Position numbers and translations under genes: made by a program. Shown here piece by piece: positions 17,201-25,012 of a stretch of DNA of 32,000 bases. This DNA is from Acaryochloris marina MBIC11017 (GTDB lineage Bacteria > Cyanobacteriota > Cyanobacteriia > Thermosynechococcales > Thermosynechococcaceae), in the NCBI RefSeq assembly GCF_000018105.1, contig NC_009925.1, positions 3,090,001-3,122,000 on the forward strand. The letters are read 5' to 3'. The notes beneath the pieces were generated by a model. That model ran no database searches, was not told where the DNA came from, and saw nothing but the letters and a program-made list of their open reading frames with translations. The stretch's first letter is position 1; every line of letters begins with the position of its first letter.

Positions 17201-17245
17201 TCCAAATTTACAGCGTTAACTTTCCTGATAAACGACTGAATCAGC

Positions 17246-17288
17246 AACGAGAGGTGAATTCTGTTCCGAACCACCTCTCGTTTTTTTT
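17246..17288 (+). terminator. Rho-independent terminator of the giant gene.
   Basis: An 11-bp perfect stem AACGAGAGGTG / CACCTCTCGTT with a 15-nt loop runs into a T8 tract. It lies 46 nt after the stop codon. Confidence 0.8.
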
Positions 17289-17454
17289 ACTTTGCGAGGT
17301 GCCTATGTCTCTACAGTCCGATATTCAGTTCAAACCTCAGACGCTGGACGAAGGGTAGGGATTCCTCGCGGCGGCCTTTGAGCAGCCTGTGGCCATCGCA
17401 TCTTAAAAAACCTCTCAAGACCCTTTAAGTCTTGCAGCTGATTCCTGCAATACA

Positions 17455-17497
17455 TAAAAGAAAAGAGCCGATTGCAGAAAAATTAGCAATCAGCTCT
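17455..17497 (-). terminator. Probable Rho-independent terminator for the minus-strand small secreted protein gene.
   Basis: A 12-bp stem with one mismatch (AGAGCCGATTGC / GCAATCAGCTCT). On the minus strand it is followed by TTTCTTTTA. It lies about 43 nt downstream of the stop at 17540. Confidence 0.55.
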
Positions 17498-17539
17498 AAA
17501 AGGTGTGAGGTATGTGTGTTTAGCGTTTTGTGATCTCAG

Positions 17540-17863
17540 TTAGCGAATATGAAATGCACCATTAGGACCACGCTGAATCACCTGTAGCGTTTTTGATGAT
17601 TGAGCAGCATTTTGGCGAATTTCCCGAGGTTGAGCAATCTGCGCTGCACCATGAGAGCCACGAGTAACAATATTGGGAAAACCTTTTGCAGGAGTGTTAG
17701 GCCGGACTTGAGCATCATGGGGAATGCGGTCGACCTTGACTTGGCGAGCTGCACCATGAGGACCGCGAGTAACAGTAACAGTTTCAGCAGTAGCGGGGGA
17801 AACAAAGCCTAGACTGAAGACTGTTAAACCTGCCAAGACAGCGACTTGATTGTTGCGTTTCAT
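17540..17863 (-). CDS. Small secreted protein with three RG(P/S)(H/N)GA repeats (107 aa from the ATG at 17863).
   Basis: The sequence from the internal ATG is MKRNNQVAVLAGLTVFSLGFVSPATA/ETV, a clear Sec signal peptide with an AxA site. The mature part has TVTRGPHGAARQV, IVTRGSHGAAQIA and VIQRGPNGAFHIR. The track start at 17998 is a TTG that would add 45 non-signal residues. Confidence 0.6.
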   Translation of the reverse strand: MKRNNQVAVLAGLTVFSLGFVSPATAETVTVTRGPHGAARQVKVDRIPHDAQVRPNTPAKGFPNIVTRGSHGAAQIAQPREIRQNAAQSSKTLQVIQRGPNGAFHIR

Positions 17864-18008
17864 TGTTTGCGCTCCAACTTCGATGACTTCAATGTACGAG
17901 GAGTATCTGAAGCTGGAATGATGGCGATCTGGGTGAGTCCCTGTAATTGGCTGAACAGACCATAAGGGATTAATGAGAATCCTGAGAGGTTCACTCAACC
18001 CACGATGA

Positions 18009-18842
18009 TTACCAGGATGTGACCAATACCTCCGTAATCTTGCCGCGCTTTTGGGGGTTAGAGTTGATGGCCCGAGCCGCTTGAATCGAGTAAATGTTGA
18101 ACGACTGGTAAAGGTCGCGGATAAACGAGCAATCTGAGTTAGACAGCATCACCTGTACGCCTCGACTTGCTAATTCAGCAAACACCTGAGCCAATTTCGT
18201 TTGATCTTTCGCCGTAAACGCACCTTTTGAATAGGCTGTAAAATCGCTTGTAGCGCTGATGGGATGATAGGGCGGATCGAAATAGACAAAATCCTGGGCT
18301 GATTGGGCCACCTCCAAAATCGTTTCAAACGGCTGCTGGTGGATCTGAACGGCTTGGAGAACTTCAGAAACCGCTTTCAGGAGCACTACATCACAAATTT
18401 TGGGTTTCTTGTATCGGCCCATAGGCACATTGAACTGTCCTTTGGAGTTTTCTCGATACAGACCATTGAAACAGGTGCGATTGAGATAAATAAATCGAGC
18501 GGCACGTTCAGCGGGTAAGGATGGATTGAGAGCTCGAATTTGGTAGTAGTAGTCATGACCATGCTGGCAGGCATGCGTCTCCAGATATTTCAAGACGTCA
18601 TCTATCCGATCGCGAACACAGGTATAAACATTGACCAGTTCAGGATTCACATCAGAAAGAACTGCCTGCTCCGGCTGTAAATGGAAAAAGATAGCACCAC
18701 CGCCTAAGAACGGCTCATAGTAAGCACCAAAGTTCTGAGGGAAATGCGGACCATATTGAGTGATTAATCGACCTTTGCCCCCTGCCCATTTCAGAAACGG
18801 ACGGGCAGGAACTCGCGCCTGAGTCGGCAATGGACTAGTCAT
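18009..18842 (-). CDS. dam: DNA adenine methyltransferase, Dam/D12 class (GATC type likely).
   Basis: RPFLKWAGGKGRL is the motif-I region. FVYFDPPY is the DPPY catalytic motif. Also present are YYEPFLGGGAIFF and NRTCFNGLYR. I prefer the ATG at 18842 (277 aa) over the upstream TTG at 18914. Confidence 0.9.
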   Translation of the reverse strand: MTSPLPTQARVPARPFLKWAGGKGRLITQYGPHFPQNFGAYYEPFLGGGAIFFHLQPEQAVLSDVNPELVNVYTCVRDRIDDVLKYLETHACQHGHDYYYQIRALNPSLPAERAARFIYLNRTCFNGLYRENSKGQFNVPMGRYKKPKICDVVLLKAVSEVLQAVQIHQQPFETILEVAQSAQDFVYFDPPYHPISATSDFTAYSKGAFTAKDQTKLAQVFAELASRGVQVMLSNSDCSFIRDLYQSFNIYSIQAARAINSNPQKRGKITEVLVTSW

Positions 18843-18937
18843 GGACGGGCAACCCCACAATGTAGAAGGTAAAGGCTTTGGGTTAAGATCAATCCTGTGA
18901 ATCAGAGAAATCAATAATATATATCGACTAAATCACT

Positions 18938-19144
18938 ATGGGTGACTTTTTTAAGAAACTCTCCTCGTATCCCAAGTTCTTCTTGGCGATTGTGGTTGGA
19001 GTATTTTGGACTTTACTCAAGCCTCTGCAGGGGTTTGCTAAGAATCCAGTGACTGGCTTGGCTGCCCTGGGCGTTATCGTCGGCGGCTTTGCCTTTCTTA
19101 GCTTCACCCTCAGTGCCATGATGGGGATGACTCCATTAAACTAG
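18938..19144 (+). CDS. Ycf33-like / DUF751 small membrane protein.
   Basis: 68 aa reading MGDFFKKLSSYPKFFLAIVVGVFWTLLKPL...KNPVTG. It has two hydrophobic helices. It matches my memory of the cyanobacterial and plastid Ycf33 family. Confidence 0.65.
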   Translation: MGDFFKKLSSYPKFFLAIVVGVFWTLLKPLQGFAKNPVTGLAALGVIVGGFAFLSFTLSAMMGMTPLN

Positions 19145-19208
19145 GCCTTGGGGAGACAACATATCTGTTAGCGGTTTCATCTCAGGGGAGATGGAGGAGT
19201 AGAAACGA

Positions 19209-19625
19209 ATGGCTACAGGACGACGGGTTTCTCGTGTTGCCGAATTAATTAAACGCGAAGTCAGCCAAATGTTATTGCATAGCATCAAAGATGATCGAGT
19301 CGGATCCGGGATGATTAGCGTTACGGCTGTGGATCTATCGGGTGATCTCCAACATGCCAAGATTTTTGTCAGCATTTATGGCACTGATGAAGCTAGAGCA
19401 GAAACAATGGCCGGTCTAGAATCAGCCACAGGCTATGTTCGTAAACAATTGGGGCATCGCATCCACCTTCGCCGCACTCCAGAAGTCATTTTTTGTGAAG
19501 ATCGCTCCTTTGAAGAAGGCAATCAGGTACTGTCGTTGCTCCATAAACTCGATCATGAGCGCCAGAATAAGCCTGCTGCCTCAACCGAAAAGCCTCCTGT
19601 AGGATCTTTAGACGCTGATCTCTAG
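19209..19625 (+). CDS. rbfA: Ribosome-binding factor A.
   Basis: [19 protein letters not shown]...[29 protein letters not shown]....[18 protein letters not shown] is the canonical RbfA pattern. Confidence 0.95.
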   Translation: MATGRRVSRVAELIKREVSQMLLHSIKDDRVGSGMISVTAVDLSGDLQHAKIFVSIYGTDEARAETMAGLESATGYVRKQLGHRIHLRRTPEVIFCEDRSFEEGNQVLSLLHKLDHERQNKPAASTEKPPVGSLDADL

Positions 19626-21254
19626 TTGGATGAACTCTTGACTCATTTATTGCCAGAGCCAGATTCTCTGTCTTTGCCAGAACAAGTTGCTCAAATGTTG
19701 GTCGTCCGAGCCTCCGGCTATCTGTTCGATCATCAAATTCAATATCCCAGTTGGGAACCCAGCGCTGAGGTGCTGCGCCACTGGCTCACGGATTTAGGAG
19801 TTGGTGGGGTGATTCTGCTAGGCGGTAGCGCCGGAGAGATTGCCTGTCGATGTCAGCAACTGCAAGAGTGGTCTGCAATCCCCCTATTGCTAGCGGCGGA
19901 TATTGAGGAAGGCGTCGGACAACGTTTTTCGGGAGCAACCTGGTTTCCTCCACCTTTAGCGTTAGCAGGGATGGTCCAAGCGGGAGCGGCCATCGAACAA
20001 GTTCAGCAGTCTGCTCAAGCCATGGGGGCTTGGACAGCCCAAGAAGCTTTAGCTATCGGTTTGAACTGGGTGTTGGCTCCGGTCGTGGATGTGAATAACA
20101 ATCCCCAAAACCCGGTGATTAATGTGCGGGCATTTGGGGAAACACCAGAGCTGGTCAGCCAATTATCTACAGCCTTTATCCAAGGAGCCCAACCCTATCC
20201 AGTCCTGACAACGGCGAAGCATTTCCCGGGGCATGGCGATACGGCTACGGATTCTCACTTGGATTTGCCAGTGATTCCCCATGATTGCGATCGCATCTAC
20301 AATACCGAGTACCCTCCTTTCCAGGCGGCGATTGCAGCCCATGTGGATGGGGTGATGAGCGCCCATTTATTGATACCGGCGTTAGACCCAGACTATCCCG
20401 CCACCCTATCTCCCAAAATTCTGACGGGAGAGCTTCGCCAAAAGTTGGGGTTTGAGGGGCTGATCGTCACGGATGCATTGGTGATGGGAGCCATTGCCAA
20501 TCAATATGGTGCCAATGAAGCGGCAGTGCTAGCGGTCGCTGCTGGAGCCGATATCCTGATGATGCCTGCGGATCCGCTGGGGGCAATTTCTGCGGTGTGT
20601 GAAGCGGTGGAACGAGGACGGATTCCCTTAGAACAAATTGAAGCGTCGGTGGAGCGGATTTGGCGGGCAAAGCAAAAAATTACCCGCTATGAAGTGGAGG
20701 ATACAAGTTATCAACATGCGTGGGAAACCCATACGCCTTTGCAGATCGATTTAGATCGGTTAGGAACGGCAGAGGCGATCGACGCGACTACCACGATCCT
20801 GAAGAGATCGAATGTGGTGCATGGACAGATTACTGCGATTCCTGACAATGCCCGAACGCTAATTATTGTGGATGATTTGGTGGATTGTGAGTTTCTTAGT
20901 CGCAAGGCTCTAGCGATTGATTTACCCCGCAAGTTGGGTTATCAGGTGCAAATTGTGGATGGTAATACGCCTGAGATACCGATGGATAAAGTGGGTCAGC
21001 CAACATTTTTGCAGTTGTTTATTCGCGGTAATCCGTTTAGAGGCAGTGCCCAGTTAAGTCGTCAGGCTGAAGCTTGGTTTGAGTTTTTGCTGCAATCTGA
21101 CCAGTTACAGGCTTTAGCGGTTTACGGCAGTCCCTATGCATTAGCTCAGTTTCAAGGACAGCTTTCTGCTGAGATTCCTTATGGGTTTAGTTATGGGCAA
21201 ATGCCTTTGGCGCAAAAACTTGTTCTCAAGCAATTATTAGGGCAGTTGGGATAA
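19626..21254 (+). CDS. nagZ: Glycoside hydrolase family 3, NagZ-like beta-N-acetylhexosaminidase with a C-terminal extension.
   Basis: The GH3/NagZ blocks KHFPGHGDTATDSHLDLPVI, NWVLAPVVDVN and GLIVTDAL are present. The TTG start abuts the rbfA stop. The conserved QVAQMLVV block requires a start this far upstream. Confidence 0.85.
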   Translation: MDELLTHLLPEPDSLSLPEQVAQMLVVRASGYLFDHQIQYPSWEPSAEVLRHWLTDLGVGGVILLGGSAGEIACRCQQLQEWSAIPLLLAADIEEGVGQRFSGATWFPPPLALAGMVQAGAAIEQVQQSAQAMGAWTAQEALAIGLNWVLAPVVDVNNNPQNPVINVRAFGETPELVSQLSTAFIQGAQPYPVLTTAKHFPGHGDTATDSHLDLPVIPHDCDRIYNTEYPPFQAAIAAHVDGVMSAHLLIPALDPDYPATLSPKILTGELRQKLGFEGLIVTDALVMGAIANQYGANEAAVLAVAAGADILMMPADPLGAISAVCEAVERGRIPLEQIEASVERIWRAKQKITRYEVEDTSYQHAWETHTPLQIDLDRLGTAEAIDATTTILKRSNVVHGQITAIPDNARTLIIVDDLVDCEFLSRKALAIDLPRKLGYQVQIVDGNTPEIPMDKVGQPTFLQLFIRGNPFRGSAQLSRQAEAWFEFLLQSDQLQALAVYGSPYALAQFQGQLSAEIPYGFSYGQMPLAQKLVLKQLLGQLG

Positions 21255-21488
21255 AACTTTGAAAAGTTTCTAACAGCTATCACTCCCCAAAATTTAGAGC
21301 ATCTGATTCGGTTGGATCAACCATGACGGAAGCTGAGAAATATGAGTAATCTTTACCAAATACAAATTACAGTCAACTGCAAAAACTCTTTAAATAACTT
21401 AAATCTTAAAGTTCTACGTTGCTAAAACCAAGCAATCTAAAAATTGCGATAGTTTAAGGATGATAAAGCGTCATTATTCTTATTTCGC

Positions 21489-24401
21489 ATGGGTTTATTG
21501 CAAGGTTTTTGGAATTTTCTGAGTACAGATGTTCGAGATTTTCCATGGGGGGAAGTTGCTCAACAAGGAATTGAAGCAGTCAAAACAACCTCTGAAGTTG
21601 GAAAAGCGATTAAAGAACAGGCACCGCATATCAAGCAACTGAAGCCGCATCTCAAGCAGATTGAACCCTTTTTAGAAACCATCAATTCACCTATTACCCA
21701 ATTGGCCGTATCGGGATTGCCCTTTTTGTCGATAGGGATTAGTTTTGTCAAAATTTATCTCTCCCTATCTAAGGAAGAGCCATCTTTTGAAAGCTCTGTT
21801 GTTCTCGTTTCCCAGCTTGCCTACTTACAGAGCTTAGAAGAGGTGATCAAAGGAAATCATGATGAAGAGACCCAAAAAAAGTTAGAAAAAATTTGGTTAC
21901 AGAAGCTTGTAAAAAGACAGTTGAATAAGATAACTGCCCAAGAGCTGAGTCAGTCTGAGGCGAAAGCAGCCACCAGTCGGTTTCCAGAATCTAGCTTGGC
22001 ACAACAATTCAACAGCGTATTACAAGAACAACTAGACCAAATAGAACTAGATAGCACCTTGAGTCAGCGGTTTGTCAACCAGGTGTGTTGGGGAACCCAT
22101 CAGTTTTTGCATCAGGCCATTGCTGAAGCGGGTGACGAGGTTAGTGTCCTTGCTGATGTTTATCGGACCGGCGGAAAAGCCATACAAGATAGATATGACA
22201 GCATCAACACTTATTTACAAGAACATATTCAACCCCTACCACATGAACAAGTCTTCGATGAAACAGAACCACGGATTACCTTTCTAGATCTCTATGTGTC
22301 TTTGGATGTGCAGCCGTTAGACCAATCAGGTGATCCAACTGGTCAACAACCAATCAATATTCATAAATGGGCTAAAAATATTCTCGACTCTAACGATGAG
22401 CAACGCAAGCTAATGTTTATTGAGGGAGAGGCAGGTCGAGGGAAATCAGTTTTTTGCCGAATGTTTGCAGATCTCGTACGGCAAGACTATCAGTTTTCGT
22501 TTGTACCCATTCTAATTCGTCTGCGGCGTTTACAAGTATTGAAAAATAATTTGACTGAGACCCTGGAAGATTCTCCAGAGTTAGAACAGGTAAGGTTTAT
22601 TCGAGGTAACAATGCGTGGTTAGCAGACCCCAATACCAGGTTTTTAATTATTTTGGATGGTTTTGATGAGTTACTACTGGAAGGTCGTGATAGTGGCGGG
22701 TTAAAAGAATTTTTGCAGCAGGTTGCAGCTTTCCAAAATGAAAGTAATCATCAATGTTTGATTACTGGACGCCCTTTAGCACTTCAGGGGATTGCTCAGT
22801 TGATCACTCAGACCAAAAATTTACAACGGGTCAAAATTCAGCCCATGAACGATCACCTGCGTAGTGATTGGCTAGGAAAATGGAGGAGAAAATTTGGCAA
22901 TCAAGAAGTCACTGAATTTGAAAATTTTTTAGCAGCATGTCCTGAAGAAATTCACAACAATTTAGCACGCGAACCACTCGTCCTATATCTATTAGCTCGA
23001 CTGCACCGAGAAGGTCGATTGCAATCAGCGATGTTCGCAAAAGCCGAGGGTATTGCCGCAAAACTCTGCATCTACCGAGAGTCTATCAAGTGGGTCTTGG
23101 AAAAACAGCGCGATGACGAAAATATTAGGTTAGCAGGTGTAGAAGATCTTGAAGATCTACACGATGTTCTGAAAGAGGCAGCGTTGTGTGTTGTGCAGTC
23201 GGGTAACGAAACTGCCAAGCTCTCCATGGTCAAGCAACGATTTAAGAATACGTCTAACCCTGTTGCCGAGATTTTAAAGCAGGCTGAAGATACGACAAAA
23301 ACATCTGAAGATAAAGTCCTCAATAATTTATTGACCACGTTTTATATCAAGCCGGGAGAAGGAGACAAGCGAGGATCCGTTGAATTTGCCCATAAGAGTT
23401 TTGGTGAATTCTTATTTGCCGAAAGACTACAGTCAGCAATTGAAGATTGGACCCGCTTAGATCATAGGGGTCGACGATTTGTTTTGGATGATCGTCAATT
23501 CCATGAACAACTCTATGATTTGTTGGGATATGGCGGATTGAGTGTTGAGATCGTTGATTATTTAATGGAACTGCTCAAGACCAGCAATCAGTATCAGCCT
23601 ATTCCACTCTTCCAACGTCTACATGAGTTCTATTTAAATTGGTGTGAGGGTGAATTTATAGACAGTTCACCAGCAGAAAATTTGCCCCAAAAAAAATTTT
23701 TACAGCTACAGTCCGTTAATATTAATTCTGGTCTGCGCCAGGTCGATGTCTTTACTGGACTTAATGTATTAATTTTATTGCTGAGGTTGCACTCAGATAA
23801 TCAACAGAAACCCAAAAGTGAAGCATGTGACGAGCTGATTTTCTATCCTTGCGGCAAAAGAGAGTCTACTGACTTTAAGACTCACAGATTTCTTCAGATT
23901 CTTCAGTATTCAGATTGTTTAGGCCCTGGTACATTTACCCGTCTAATCGGTTCTCATAGCCGATATGCCAACCTCTCCGATACCTACCTCTCCGGTACCT
24001 ACCTCTCCAATGCCAACCTCTCCAGTGCCAACCTCGACGGTGCCAACCTCGACGGTGCCTACCTCGACGGTACCAACCTCTCCGGTGCCAACCTCTCCGG
24101 TGCCTACTTCGACGGTGCCTACCTCGACGGTGCCAACCTCTCCAATGCCAACCTCTCCAATGCCTACCTCTCCGGTGCCTACCTCGACGTTGCCAACCTC
24201 TCCGGTGCCAACCTCTCCGGTGCCAACCTCTCCGGTGCCAACCTCTCCGGTGCCAACCTCTCCGGTGCCAACCTCTCCGGTGCCTACCTCTCCGGTGCCT
24301 ACCTCGACGGTGCCAACCTCTCCGGTGCCTACCTCGACGGTGCCAACCTCTCCGGTGCCAACCTCTCCGGTGCGATTATGCCTCAAGGCTTTACTAGTTG
24401 A
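21489..24401 (+). CDS. STAND/NACHT-family NTPase with an unrecognised N-terminal domain and C-terminal pentapeptide repeats.
   Basis: 970 aa. Walker A is FIEGEAGRGKSVF (about nt 22426-22449). Walker B is FLIILDGFDELL (about nt 22644-22670). The NACHT-associated block is HKSFGEFLFAERL. The last ~135 aa are A(N/Y)L(S/D)(G/N) pentapeptides. The first ~300 aa are helical, with one hydrophobic segment ITQLAVSGLPFLSIGISFVKIYLSL, and match no family I recognise. Confidence 0.88.
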   Translation: MGLLQGFWNFLSTDVRDFPWGEVAQQGIEAVKTTSEVGKAIKEQAPHIKQLKPHLKQIEPFLETINSPITQLAVSGLPFLSIGISFVKIYLSLSKEEPSFESSVVLVSQLAYLQSLEEVIKGNHDEETQKKLEKIWLQKLVKRQLNKITAQELSQSEAKAATSRFPESSLAQQFNSVLQEQLDQIELDSTLSQRFVNQVCWGTHQFLHQAIAEAGDEVSVLADVYRTGGKAIQDRYDSINTYLQEHIQPLPHEQVFDETEPRITFLDLYVSLDVQPLDQSGDPTGQQPINIHKWAKNILDSNDEQRKLMFIEGEAGRGKSVFCRMFADLVRQDYQFSFVPILIRLRRLQVLKNNLTETLEDSPELEQVRFIRGNNAWLADPNTRFLIILDGFDELLLEGRDSGGLKEFLQQVAAFQNESNHQCLITGRPLALQGIAQLITQTKNLQRVKIQPMNDHLRSDWLGKWRRKFGNQEVTEFENFLAACPEEIHNNLAREPLVLYLLARLHREGRLQSAMFAKAEGIAAKLCIYRESIKWVLEKQRDDENIRLAGVEDLEDLHDVLKEAALCVVQSGNETAKLSMVKQRFKNTSNPVAEILKQAEDTTKTSEDKVLNNLLTTFYIKPGEGDKRGSVEFAHKSFGEFLFAERLQSAIEDWTRLDHRGRRFVLDDRQFHEQLYDLLGYGGLSVEIVDYLMELLKTSNQYQPIPLFQRLHEFYLNWCEGEFIDSSPAENLPQKKFLQLQSVNINSGLRQVDVFTGLNVLILLLRLHSDNQQKPKSEACDELIFYPCGKRESTDFKTHRFLQILQYSDCLGPGTFTRLIGSHSRYANLSDTYLSGTYLSNANLSSANLDGANLDGAYLDGTNLSGANLSGAYFDGAYLDGANLSNANLSNAYLSGAYLDVANLSGANLSGANLSGANLSGANLSGANLSGAYLSGAYLDGANLSGAYLDGANLSGANLSGAIMPQGFTS
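23967..24371 (+). repeat. 27 tandem 15-bp units encoding the pentapeptide repeats. Six consecutive units are identical at 24192-24281.
   Basis: The units are gccaacctctccggt / gcctacctcgacggt and mixtures of the two. Variation is confined to a few positions. All frames on both strands are open across the array, which produces artefactual ORFs. Confidence 0.95.
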
Positions 24402-24548
24402 AATCACAAAAACTCTACTTCCCTGTCAAGTAAAATTCATGTTTCTCAGCCCAACATCACAGGTCACGGGCACCCCTTACAAATATTAGGGTTGCTTTAT
24501 GGTTTAAATTTAAATCGCCAACTTGTCTTATAAAAACATTCCGCCAAT

Positions 24549-25010
24549 CTAAGCAATATCCATTGGCGGAGAAGGTTGATTTTGTCTCAGGGCTGTCTGA
24601 ATTAACTGTTGTAGCTCATAACGAGTAATTTCTTCTCCCTGATCCAAATCACCCATCGTCTCCAAAAAGAGAATGCTATCCACAGGCTCCAACGCCAACA
24701 GCTGAAACAACAGCGGAATCACTGGCACTGGCAACGCCACCAAATCTGCTGACCGACTGGACCGAGTTGCATCCTGCAAATTGGCAAAGGCATAGACCAC
24801 CGTCTTTTCCAACCCCGGCTTTTGCCGATGCTGCAAGGTCGTTAACTGCCAATTTCCCTGCAAATTTTGCAGAATATAGTACTCCTCAAACTTCAAACGC
24901 TGCTCTGCCAACTCTTGCAGCAACGGCGCAATAATTCGAATCGCAGCAGGCATCCCACCGTCTTGCGGCGCTTCATCAATCAGTGCTTGCACCTGCGGCT
25001 GCAAATTCAT
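24549..25010 (-). CDS. Hypothetical protein (153 aa from the ATG at 25010), apparently co-transcribed with ilvB.
   Basis: MNLQPQVQALIDEAPQDGGMPAAIRIIAPLL... I recognise no family. The ATG lies 2 nt after the ilvB TAA (25013-25015). The track start at 25031 would overlap ilvB. Confidence 0.55.
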   Translation of the reverse strand: MNLQPQVQALIDEAPQDGGMPAAIRIIAPLLQELAEQRLKFEEYYILQNLQGNWQLTTLQHRQKPGLEKTVVYAFANLQDATRSSRSADLVALPVPVIPLLFQLLALEPVDSILFLETMGDLDQGEEITRYELQQLIQTALRQNQPSPPMDIA

Positions 25011-25012
25011 GC

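Noticed and set aside
17864-17998. Long form of the small secreted protein starting at TTG 17998. Similar upstream TTG or other extensions exist for dam (18914), hpf (29148), the CDF gene (10235) and the ORF after ilvB (25031).
   Set aside because: In each case an internal ATG gives the canonical family N-terminus, a signal peptide, or an RBS. The extension adds unconserved residues or overlaps a neighbouring gene.
23967-24371. Possibility that the tandem repeat array is a CRISPR array.
   Set aside because: The units are 15 bp, directly abutting with no spacers, in frame within a CDS, and no cas genes are nearby.
23943-24489. Track ORFs 23943..24407 (minus, GEVGTGEVGT…) and 23965..24489 (plus, PTSPVPTSP…) overlapping the end of the NACHT gene.
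   Set aside because: They are alternative-frame readings of the 15-bp tandem array. The frame giving A(N/Y)L(S/D)G pentapeptides is continuous with a 970-aa protein that has clear NTPase motifs. The others have no start context and purely periodic sequence.
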